This document shows positions 1 to 8,100 of a stretch of 41,986 nucleotides of DNA, piece by piece. Both the position numbers and the translations under genes were made by a program. Source of the DNA: a virus (lineage: Duplodnaviria; Caudoviricetes); the IMG/VR virus record IMGVR_UViG_3300000574_000007, positions 1 through 41,986 of that record. One strand, 5' to 3'. The notes beneath the pieces were generated by a model. It was not told where the DNA came from, did not search any database, and worked only from the letters and a program-made list of their open reading frames with translations. Numbering within the stretch: position 1 is the first letter of the stretch; the number at the start of each line of letters is the position of its first letter.

Positions 1-80
1 CGGGTACGGGGACGGGTCCGGGGACGGGTCCGGGTACGGGTCCGGGTACGGGGACGGGTCCGGGGACGGGGACGGGTACG
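1..80. repeat. Terminal direct overlap identical to 41907-41986 (circular assembly junction)
   Basis: Base-by-base identity of the first and last 80 nt; lies within the GGGNNC tandem array, so repeat copy number may be mis-assembled. Confidence 0.85.
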
Positions 81-169
81 GGTCCGGGGACGGGGACGGG
101 TACGGGTCCGGGGACGGGGACGGGTACGGGTACGGGTCCGGGGACGGGGACGGGTCCGGGTCCGGGTAA
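1..169 (+). CDS. 3' part of Gly-X (G-S/Y/D) dipeptide-repeat protein; begins at ATG 41851 across the circular junction, ~74 aa total
   Basis: Frame GGG-TAC/TCC/GAC ends at TAA 167-169; in frame with ATG 41851 after removing the 80-nt overlap. Confidence 0.7.
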   Translation, partial: GYGDGSGDGSGYGSGYGDGSGDGDGYGSGDGDGYGSGDGDGYGYGSGDGDGSGSG

Positions 170-186
170 AGGACGGGTGGAGGGAT

Positions 187-387
187 GTGGCACAAGAGCG
201 TTTAAGTCAGTGTTCCCGACTGAACCTATTGCTCAATAAATCTGAACGCGAGTGTTGTGACCTCAAGCTGGCATTACACAAAGTGGAGTGTGAGCGTGAC
301 AAGTTTAAGCAAGAGAGGGCTGATGCACTAAAAGCCGGGGAAACCTTTCTGAAAACCCTTGGGATCAATGCCAACCCGCTACTGTGA
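187..387 (+). CDS. Hypothetical small coiled-coil protein
   Basis: GTG start after GGAGG; heptad-like charged sequence. Confidence 0.6.
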   Translation: MAQERLSQCSRLNLLLNKSERECCDLKLALHKVECERDKFKQERADALKAGETFLKTLGINANPLL

Positions 388-574
388 GTGCAAGCGCAAG
401 ATCGTCGTCGCCGTCAATCGCACTAAGTCACCACGGGCCAGCGCGAAGGCGAGACGTAGCGATCAGTATCACGACCAGTGTCGGCAGTGTTTCGAGCGTG
501 AGAAGACGCGGCTGCTAGTGAAGTGGCTGAAACCGAAAGGAGACCATTATGCCTATCCCAACGAAACCGATTGA
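368..574 (+). CDS. Hypothetical basic Cys/His (Zn-binding) protein
   Basis: ATG 368; CxC...HxxCxxC pattern; overlaps neighbours. Confidence 0.55.
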   Translation: MPTRYCECKRKIVVAVNRTKSPRASAKARRSDQYHDQCRQCFEREKTRLLVKWLKPKGDHYAYPNETD

Positions 575-752
575 CCCGGCGATGCGTCGCTGGGCTGAAC
601 AGCGTGTTAAGGCTGCCCGTGAGACGCTCAGACAGGCCGTAGATGAGCATAACCTCTGGCAAGAGCGATGCCAGCAGGTCTATAACGGCAGGCCCACGAA
701 GAAACTAGTGGCGATGTTCGAAGAGTGGCAGAGAGAGGAGAAGAGGCGATGA
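549..752 (+). CDS. Hypothetical helical protein
   Basis: AAAGGAG RBS before ATG; ATGA overlap with next gene. Confidence 0.65.
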   Translation: MPIPTKPIDPAMRRWAEQRVKAARETLRQAVDEHNLWQERCQQVYNGRPTKKLVAMFEEWQREEKRR

Positions 753-1351
753 TTATCTTGCTGACGATACTGCTCCTGATAGCCTCGCCAGTCATGGCCC
801 ATGACGGCTATCACTATGCAGGCATAGCCGGGACCGGCCAGAACACCGATACCACCTGGGCTTCGATGATGATGCCCCATAAGCCGACGCATTGCTCATC
901 CCCATGTCACGTTATAGCGTGGACGATCTTATGGGACGCCTATGGGACAGGGCAGTATGTCGAGATCGGTATCGGCTACAATCGCAACAAGTCGAAGAAG
1001 GTGACGCTATGGTGGGCCTCGCCGCAGCATGAGACCATGAAGAAGGTAGCGTCAGTGCCCTTTGGCACGTGGGTTGATGTTGACCTGTACAAGCCCGCTG
1101 GCCAGGAGTATATCGAGGCTACATGGACATGGCCGGGTGGATCAGTAACCAAGCATATCAGTACACCAGGATGGACCGGGAACCAGGGCTACCATCCCAC
1201 GAAGGTCGAGGTCTGGTCGCCGAAGGGGCATCCTGGTAACGTGGAGATGTACATCGAGGACGTGCCAACATTTGACGGGGATGCGATCTATTGGCATGTA
1301 GAAGGGGAATGGGTGCCGGAGGGAACGTTTGAAGAGTTCGTGGTGAGATGA
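749..1351 (+). CDS. Predicted secreted beta-rich protein
   Basis: ATG 749 coupled to upstream stop; signal peptide MIILLTILLLIASPVMA; Trp/Gly/Thr-rich mature part. Confidence 0.7.
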   Translation: MIILLTILLLIASPVMAHDGYHYAGIAGTGQNTDTTWASMMMPHKPTHCSSPCHVIAWTILWDAYGTGQYVEIGIGYNRNKSKKVTLWWASPQHETMKKVASVPFGTWVDVDLYKPAGQEYIEATWTWPGGSVTKHISTPGWTGNQGYHPTKVEVWSPKGHPGNVEMYIEDVPTFDGDAIYWHVEGEWVPEGTFEEFVVR

Positions 1352-1660
1352 TAGGATGAGTGATGCGCATCAAGTATATCGAAGAATCGTTCCCTAGATA
1401 TTTTATTTGTAGCGAACATGCGAACGGACTGGTAGATGTCTGTTCTACTGACGAGATCATAGCGACAGTGAGCAAAGAGCAAGCTATTAGCTTGATAGAG
1501 GATCGTGACGCTGTGTTGGATCGCTTGACGACGCTGGTGTTACGATTTGCCGACATTGCTCCATCAGAGTTCTCGAAGATTTGGTATGATGTAAAATTAT
1601 GTAAATTAAGACAGGAGCCTATAAGCGATGGGGATGTTTGAGGAGTTTGTGGTGAGGTGA
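1327..1660 (+). repeat. 25-nt imperfect direct repeat (1327-1351, 1636-1660) flanking ORF 1360-1641
   Basis: gtttgaagagttcgtggtgagatga vs gtttgaggagtttgtggtgaggtga; 3 mismatches. Confidence 0.75.
1360..1641 (+). CDS. Hypothetical protein, AT-richer than flanks (moron-like)
   Basis: 93-aa ORF with AGGA upstream; last gene of the plus-strand block. Confidence 0.65.
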   Translation: MMRIKYIEESFPRYFICSEHANGLVDVCSTDEIIATVSKEQAISLIEDRDAVLDRLTTLVLRFADIAPSEFSKIWYDVKLCKLRQEPISDGDV

Positions 1661-1668
1661 GAGGAGGT

Positions 1669-2184
1669 CTACCCCACCAGCGTAGATACCATATCCGCGA
1701 AATGATCTCTATCAACGGCGATGGTAGGGACGGGGCTGTAATCTCGGCTCCGTCCCCGCTTCGCCAGCCAGCTATCAGCTTCAGCCATGATCAGCGCGTC
1801 GTTTCCGCTTGCCATCGTTGCTCGCCACGCCATCCGATCCTTGACGGGATTGCGCATCAAATTGCTCGGACTCCACTTACTCCCGGCTGACCATCCGCCA
1901 ACGAGCAGGTCTACGAGGTCCGTCAGCATGTCCACCGGCACCGAGATATGGCTATCCCACGTATAAGCTGGGGAGTAGCCTTTGCGAAGTGTGAGCATGG
2001 TCAGGAACTGATTTACCTCGCGCTGCCATTTCTCATTGATCTCATCGCGTCCTGGCATCTCCTTCAGCAGGTTCACCCACTCTTTGAGCTTCTCCTGTTC
2101 CTCATCCGGCATCAGGCCGCGTATCCAGCGAGCCAGCGCTAGAGCAGCCGGAATTGCTTCAGCAATCAACGCAACAGGGATCAT
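1669..2184 (-). CDS. Hypothetical protein with hydrophobic N-terminus; last gene of late operon
   Basis: ATGA-coupled to upstream lipoprotein gene; 171 aa. Confidence 0.7.
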   Translation of the reverse strand: MIPVALIAEAIPAALALARWIRGLMPDEEQEKLKEWVNLLKEMPGRDEINEKWQREVNQFLTMLTLRKGYSPAYTWDSHISVPVDMLTDLVDLLVGGWSAGSKWSPSNLMRNPVKDRMAWRATMASGNDALIMAEADSWLAKRGRSRDYSPVPTIAVDRDHFADMVSTLVG

Positions 2185-2315
2185 TTCACTGGCTCCCTCG
2201 GCCCATAGTCCACGCTGCCTATCGACTTATCAGGCATGTCCCGGACCTTGGGGACACGGAATGAGGCCGAGCAGGCGGTGAGAAAGATCATACTGATAAT
2301 AAGGAGTCGTTTCAT
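2181..2315 (-). CDS. Small lipoprotein (o-spanin-like candidate)
   Basis: MKRLLIISMIFLTAC lipobox; 44 aa; GAGGGGAG RBS. Confidence 0.7.
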   Translation of the reverse strand: MKRLLIISMIFLTACSASFRVPKVRDMPDKSIGSVDYGPREPVK

Positions 2316-2319
2316 CGCC

Positions 2320-2568
2320 CTATCTCCCCTCTTTACCGCTGTACTGTTCACGTTCGATGAGAATATCAAGCAACGCTTTTAATGCTCGCATATCTCGTTT
2401 TAACTCCCTTGCTTCGTACCACATCTCCATCCGCTCTTTTTCGTACCATGCTATCAGCCTGCTTTGGTCTTTTGACTCTTCGGCGCATGAAGAAGCAGCG
2501 CTAGGCTGTAACGTCGCGCAGCCTGTAGCCAGCAACAGCAATCCGACACTGATACATCGCCTCAGCAT
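2320..2568 (-). CDS. Lipoprotein with coiled-coil (spanin-like candidate)
   Basis: LLLLATGC lipobox followed by a helical charged region. Confidence 0.7.
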   Translation of the reverse strand: MLRRCISVGLLLLATGCATLQPSAASSCAEESKDQSRLIAWYEKERMEMWYEARELKRDMRALKALLDILIEREQYSGKEGR

Positions 2569-2693
2569 CGCTCATCCTCTGGCTTATCGCCACACTCCCA
2601 AAGCCATACCGGATAAGGGAAGTTCCCTTTGTGGCTGATCGCGCAACCGGCCAGGGATACTGCTAATATCAAGACCCACGTGAGTCGTTTCAT
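2562..2693 (-). CDS. Small lipoprotein, not in the ORF track (o-spanin-like candidate)
   Basis: Translated by hand: MKRLTWVLILAVSLAGC-AISHKGNFPYPVWLWECGDKPEDERC; LAGC lipobox; ATGA overlap with upstream gene. Confidence 0.75.
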   Translation of the reverse strand: MKRLTWVLILAVSLAGCAISHKGNFPYPVWLWECGDKPEDERC

Positions 2694-2986
2694 GGTGCTA
2701 CCGCTCGCAGTTGTGGACGCAAGACGTCTAACTGTCGTCTGACAGCATTCAGTCGCTGATCCTCGAATGCACTAAGCCGCCGACGCTGCGCCTCTCGTGC
2801 AAGTTCAAACTCTTCCCGCTCCAATGCCGTCACTTGTTGTTGCAGATACAGTGCCTTCAGCCCATCAACCTGCTGGCGTACATCTCCAGCTCTTGCATAC
2901 CGTCCATCGACGGCGAGCACCCCACCCCACAATGTCCCGATGAGGGCGACGATGCCCGCCGTCCACTTGAGGAGGTCTGTCATCAC
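2690..2986 (-). CDS. N-terminal TM helix plus coiled-coil protein (i-spanin-like candidate)
   Basis: WTAGIVALIGTLWGGVLAV followed by Q/R/L-rich helix; lysis context. Confidence 0.6.
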   Translation of the reverse strand: MMTDLLKWTAGIVALIGTLWGGVLAVDGRYARAGDVRQQVDGLKALYLQQQVTALEREEFELAREAQRRRLSAFEDQRLNAVRRQLDVLRPQLRAVAP

Positions 2987-3150
2987 TGCACCCCCGTTGT
3001 GCCCTTGTCCTTGGCAAAGTAGCCCAAGAGCGCCAGCGCTAGAGCCTGCATCGCGTCAGCAATCGGCGCGAGTTCTTCTGGTAGCAGCGATTTCACAAAT
3101 GGAGCCATCGCCGCCAATGCACCCATCAATGTCGTTTTCCAGCTCACCAT
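2983..3150 (-). CDS. Putative holin
   Basis: 55 aa, SWKTT...AKD motif with two hydrophobic segments; near endolysin. Confidence 0.65.
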   Translation of the reverse strand: MVSWKTTLMGALAAMAPFVKSLLPEELAPIADAMQALALALLGYFAKDKGTTGVQ

Positions 3151-3157
3151 TATCGCA

Positions 3158-3325
3158 TCACCCCCTCTCGTTGTCCCTCTCCCTACGTTGCTGCTCAAGT
3201 TCTAAAGCGACGATGCGCTGCCTAAGCTCTTCGATCTCCTCTAATGCTGTCTGGAGATGATGACTTACTCCAACAATTCTTGCTTCGAGGGCAGCTAACT
3301 TAGTAGCCTGATCCTTTTTTTGCAT
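3158..3325 (-). CDS. Small coiled-coil protein, not in the ORF track
   Basis: MQKKDQATKLAALEARIVG...LRQRIVALELEQQRRERDNERG; GGGAGAAGG RBS; fills the gap. Confidence 0.6.
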   Translation of the reverse strand: MQKKDQATKLAALEARIVGVSHHLQTALEEIEELRQRIVALELEQQRRERDNERG

Positions 3326-3348
3326 TACCTTCTCCCTCGCATTGTATC

Positions 3349-3777
3349 TTACGTTCGTTCAATGTCCCCATCTGTGTTAAAGAATCGAAAGGCTCCAACC
3401 TGTTTCACAAACTGCTCCGGCTTAGCCCACTTTGGCGGGACAATCGACACGTCATAATACGAATCTGCACCAACAACAATGTTCGCCTCAATCCCAGCGA
3501 GTGCCACATTGACAGCTCGCATCGAGTCTTGAAACGACAGGTCTTGGGGTAATGGATACAGGATCAGGTTTGGATCACCCGGAGCAGCCATTGAGCTGTA
3601 CTGCCACTTCTTTGCAATGACTGCACCTAACGTCGTCCCCCACCATTTTGGACTCTTGACGCGGTTTAGTACGCTGAAGGCAACAGCCACCTTAGCTTGA
3701 TGCGTCTCACCTCTCGCCTCACGCCAGACCAGTAGAGCAAGCATAGCCCGCTCATATGTCTGATAGTCAATAGTCAC
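3349..3777 (-). CDS. Endolysin, cell wall hydrolase of the SleB/CwlJ (Hydrolase_2) family
   Basis: EARGE, VA..VLNRV, WQYS, GADSY, PKWA, G.FRF motifs. Confidence 0.9.
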   Translation of the reverse strand: MTIDYQTYERAMLALLVWREARGETHQAKVAVAFSVLNRVKSPKWWGTTLGAVIAKKWQYSSMAAPGDPNLILYPLPQDLSFQDSMRAVNVALAGIEANIVVGADSYYDVSIVPPKWAKPEQFVKQVGAFRFFNTDGDIERT

Positions 3778-3782
3778 GTTCT

Positions 3783-4622
3783 CTACTCCTTCTCACATTG
3801 CGGAATGTCATCCTCATCTGGCCGACGCATCCGAGAGTCGCAGCCGTCTTCGCCGTTACAGTTCCACGTATAGATGTAGTCGCGCTCGATCCGAGCCCCT
3901 AATCCCTTCGCGTGCTTCTTGCTGCCCTCTGTTATCCATACGCGGGGATGGTCAACCTTTGAGTGCTTGCGTGCTGACCTCCAAACCGACCTAGCGCCAC
4001 CATTAGACATGCCGGTAGTGTGCAGCGAATAGAGGTCGAAGTCCTGACCATATCGCAGTCCTGTAGCCTTGACATACGGGGTTCCCCTGGGATACAGGTC
4101 CGGGCTAATAATCGGTACACCAGGGACCGTTTGACGCACGAGTGGCGCGATCTGACGATGCCATGCCGCGAACTTAGACGGTGACATATTGCTATCGCCT
4201 GCCCCGCCATCCGGCTCGTTAGCAAGCTGCACGCCATCTAACAGGTCTGCAATGGGCGGTAGACCCTCGTGAATCCATGTCTCAAGGCGTTCGATGTCCT
4301 TATCTCCTGCCCACTGAGAGAGGCTAACGATGAGCCGAAAGCCCTTAACGCGGATTACAGGTATCCAGTGCTGCAAGATGAACGGCCCCCATTCATGAGT
4401 ATAAATGATTCTGATCTCGCGCCTGTCGCCCCGTGCTGCAAGCTCATCGAGATATACCCCAAGACGGCATGCTGCCGTATCGGCCCGCAATAAATCACCA
4501 GCCCCGATGTTCCATGACAGTAGTGAAATAGGTTGTGGAGATCCCTCAAGGGCCTCGCTGATAAGCGGTAGACTAAGCCCTAGCACGACACTTAACAGGA
4601 ATCTACGGGCCATGGGCATCAT
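3783..4622 (-). CDS. Predicted secreted glycoside hydrolase, clan GH-A TIM barrel
   Basis: Signal peptide; ANEPD acid/base motif, DLYSLH, VWITE nucleophile motif. Confidence 0.65.
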   Translation of the reverse strand: MMPMARRFLLSVVLGLSLPLISEALEGSPQPISLLSWNIGAGDLLRADTAACRLGVYLDELAARGDRREIRIIYTHEWGPFILQHWIPVIRVKGFRLIVSLSQWAGDKDIERLETWIHEGLPPIADLLDGVQLANEPDGGAGDSNMSPSKFAAWHRQIAPLVRQTVPGVPIISPDLYPRGTPYVKATGLRYGQDFDLYSLHTTGMSNGGARSVWRSARKHSKVDHPRVWITEGSKKHAKGLGARIERDYIYTWNCNGEDGCDSRMRRPDEDDIPQCEKE

Positions 4623-4750
4623 TGATTATCTGCCCTCCATTTCTCTAGTCGGCATCCATTACACTCGGATTGCATCGCTTTGCCAGTCACTGCCGGACAT
4701 ACCTTTGCGTCACAGCGATACATGGGAAGCAGCCGCAACAGGTTCCGCAT
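4619..4750 (-). CDS. Cys-rich microprotein (43 aa)
   Basis: MRNLLRLLPMYRCDAKVC...CNGC...; TGATG and ATGA coupling at both ends. Confidence 0.45.
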   Translation of the reverse strand: MRNLLRLLPMYRCDAKVCPAVTGKAMQSECNGCRLEKWRADNQ

Positions 4751-4866
4751 CAGGACACGTACCGATGAGCCCACCGCCAGCCACATTTTTTACAAGTTAC
4801 TGCGTCGTCGGGAAGCTCTTTCTGCAATTTCTCTCCGCACTTGGGGCATGTTCTCTTCCAAAGCAT
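4750..4866 (-). CDS. Zinc-ribbon microprotein (38 aa)
   Basis: MLWKRTCPKCG...VTCKKCGWRW; TAATG coupling. Confidence 0.65.
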   Translation of the reverse strand: MLWKRTCPKCGEKLQKELPDDAVTCKKCGWRWAHRYVS

Positions 4867-5102
4867 TACGGTGTCCCCATCAGCTTGCGCTCGACATTAT
4901 TGATCCGATCCTCACACTGGTCATGGCGCTTCTCGTCGCTCTCTTCATGCGCCACGCGCAGGGCTTCACAGGTCGCAATGCGCCCGTTCAGCCTGGACAG
5001 GTGGTCTCTAATATCCCACAAGAGCTTAATCCCATAACCGAAGAGCGTGAGCAACATGCTGCACAGCAGAGCAATCAGTGGCATGTAATCAGTGAGGGTC
5101 AT
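4866..5102 (-). CDS. Single-TM holin-like/coiled-coil membrane protein
   Basis: N-terminal TM helix then LSRLNGRI...E coil; first gene of lysis cassette. Confidence 0.65.
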   Translation of the reverse strand: MTLTDYMPLIALLCSMLLTLFGYGIKLLWDIRDHLSRLNGRIATCEALRVAHEESDEKRHDQCEDRINNVERKLMGTP

Positions 5103-5122
5103 AGGGCTCCCTTAGTTGGTGG

Positions 5123-8100
5123 CTATTGCTGTTGCCGATACCATTGCGCCCATTCGTTTACGGCTTCCGGGTCTCGACGTTTAGTTGCTCGCTCGATGGC
5201 CGCTTCTGTGCGTACCTTCGCCCGTGGCGTCTTCATTTTAGGCAAGCCCAGTAATTCCCCAACCTTCGGGGCCACCATGCCACTAAACGGCCTTGTTCCA
5301 GGGATACGGCTGAGAAGAGCACGCAGCGCATTCGATTTAGCGCGATCGTGCGGGCTGATGCCTGTGTTCTCGTTCGGCTCACGACTGGCCGTGAGGAGAT
5401 CAGCGACATGTCCACCCGCCTCTGCTGCACTGCCGACGACCGCCCCGCCGAAGGCTCCAGCGATGCGCCCCTGCTTCTCCCTCGCCCCACCTTGCGCATA
5501 CAGAGCCCCCTGGATCACCTGTAACGCACCAAATGTACCTGCCGTCACTAAGTTCTCTCCAAACCTCCTTACGGCTGTTGAGGGTGAGACATCCCCGTTG
5601 AGAGCCCCCTGAATGAACTCCACTAGACTGCCCCCTGGCCGGTCGTCAGAACGTCCCTGTATAGTGGTCAAGGTATCAGCTACTACTTCCCCGGTAATCC
5701 CCATTCCAGCTAAGAATTTCGCGGTACGTTTCGCCTGATACATGGCTTCTGCCCTATCTTTGGCATATAGCGCTTTCGCCATCGGCGCGACAAACTCTTT
5801 GCGGAGCTTCGACACCATCGACAGATTGAACTTCTGCAACGACGAGAACAACGATGCGGCGGTATCGCGGTAGAACACCCCAGGGATCGTCATCGTATCG
5901 GCTCGCAGGTTCGTTCGATGCGACAACTTTTGCGCTGCACGCTCGATGTCTGCCAGGGGAGAAGTTGGGGTGAGATCGAACCGCTTTAGCATAGCTACTG
6001 CTTTACTGCTCCCATTGGCGGCCTCTCGTTGGTAGGCCAGAAAATCTCGCTTAGATGCCAACGCCGACCATGTGCGCCAGAGCGTATCCATTGGGATCGA
6101 GCCTGTCTTCGTCACAACCCCGGTAGCTAGTCTTCCGGTGTGTTTCACGGCCTTGTCAAGCAAGGTGTCCTTCGGCAGAATGCCCCAATGAATCGGGTTC
6201 TGCAATTCCAACTGACTCCTCAAATCGTCAATGAGCGCCCCCATTCCCCGCGCCTCGTCTTTTCCTACCCTCGTGAACGCTTTTCCGAGCGTTGCGAGGG
6301 AATGCCGCATACGGGTATCCCCGAAGAAGTGCATACCCGCCTGAGAGGTCTGCTTGACCGCAGTATTGATCCCTAACAGCGTCGCGGTGGTCAGGTTTTT
6401 ACCCAACTGCACAACCTTCTTGGTCGTCGTTCCCAGTGGATCGATCACCGCCCGATTGCGTAGATGATTCCATGCCGATTGCGCTACGCCAACGTCAGAC
6501 CGACCTGACGCCCGCGCCCGTCCCAGCGCCTGCTCGATCTTCGCGTCACGAGGGCCAAGGTTCAACAAATATCCCAACTCGGTGGCGCTCGCCTCGTTAT
6601 AGCGCGGGATCGCCTTGTTTGGACGCATCCGAAACTCTTCGGGATACGTAAAGTTTGGGCTGCGGGCGTGTAGATGCGTGGCCTGTGGCTGTCCCAACTG
6701 AAGCAACTCGCGTGCGCCTTGGCCGACAGACTGAGGAATGCTTTCCCCTTTAGCCTCGGCAAGGATCGCCGTCGCAATATCTTGCGCCGTGGCTCGTGGC
6801 ATCTTTGGATAATCGCGCAGGATTAACTTTGCCCCCTCATCGGCTGAATACTTCACGATCAGCGTAGGATCAGGATAATGTGGGTAATAGTTTTTCAACC
6901 CCTGATAAGGCACCCACTGATTCTCTCGAATCGTCGCGCCCGTCTTGGTGTCATAGACCGCATCGCGGAGGATTTGTGCGCCCTCTTTAGTGTAGATGGC
7001 GCTGTCTTGCGCCAGCTCAGGAATGAGTACGTCCGCAGCCTCAGCCACCCTCGCGTTCATAGGACGCTCTTTCCCTTCCATGACGCGCATCAGGTTCACA
7101 TTTTCAGCCTCGTTAAGGACGGCTTCTTTCCCGCGATTTGAGAGGAGGAGCGTCTTGCCGACAGCGTTATTCTTCTTCCCTTCGATCTGCATGGTGGTCA
7201 GGATCGAGTTATTGACCAAATCGCCAATGGGCTTCTTGGTAGCCGGATCGACTCCTAGGGCGCGATTGAAGATAGTCCAGTCGGTCAACCAGCCATGTGC
7301 TTTTGCGCCAGGCTTCTCTTCGCCGGTGAGAAAGCGTCGTGTCCAGTCTTTGACGGACTTGGGAATAGGCAGTCCCATGCCAAGTTCGACGATGCCCTCC
7401 TCTGACGCTGTGGGCAAGGATAACTTGGGTGGTTGGTTTGGTGTGCCGGTCACTCGTGGCAATGGTTGTGTTGCCCTCGCCCGAATTGGCTCACCGGCCA
7501 GTTTCTCAATAGCCGTCACCTCTTCAGCAGTCAGTTCTGTCCCGCCCTGATAGAGTTTATGCAGGCCGCGTGTTGTGTCTTTGCCTATAGCGTCGCTTGT
7601 AGCCTGAACGGTTCCTTCGATAGCCTTCGTAATGTCTGATAATGTCGGATTCGGTGTGCCCATATAGACTTGCAGTGCCTCTTGCATATCTGGCGTTAAT
7701 GGTTGTCCTGTTTTGATGTTGGCATACGACTGGTACACTTTGTTCATTAACACCGGGAAGCTGCCAGACTTGCCGTATGGAGACTGAGATGATCTCGCCT
7801 CCATTTCCACATCCATCGCCTTTTCAAATTCCCTTCTGAGTGCCGCATGTATCGGACGCTTAGCGGCCTTTCGTGTTTCAATCTCGCGCATAATCTCATC
7901 AAGGGACCGCGTAGCCGCACTAGCCTGCTTCGCCTTTCTCGGAACCGGTAGTCCCATGCCAAGCTCAGTGGTGCTTGCTGCGGTAGGCTCTTGAATGCTC
8001 CCCGGTCTCACCGTTTGCATGGTCGGCTGGGATTCTGAGACGCGCCCACCTAACGGCAGTTCCGGTGATGGAGGTTCAGGCTTTCGGAACCCACCAAGCA

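Noticed and set aside
4405-5612. Plus-strand ORFs of 210 and 310 aa
   Set aside because: Antisense to a tightly coupled minus-strand operon; no motifs or RBS support
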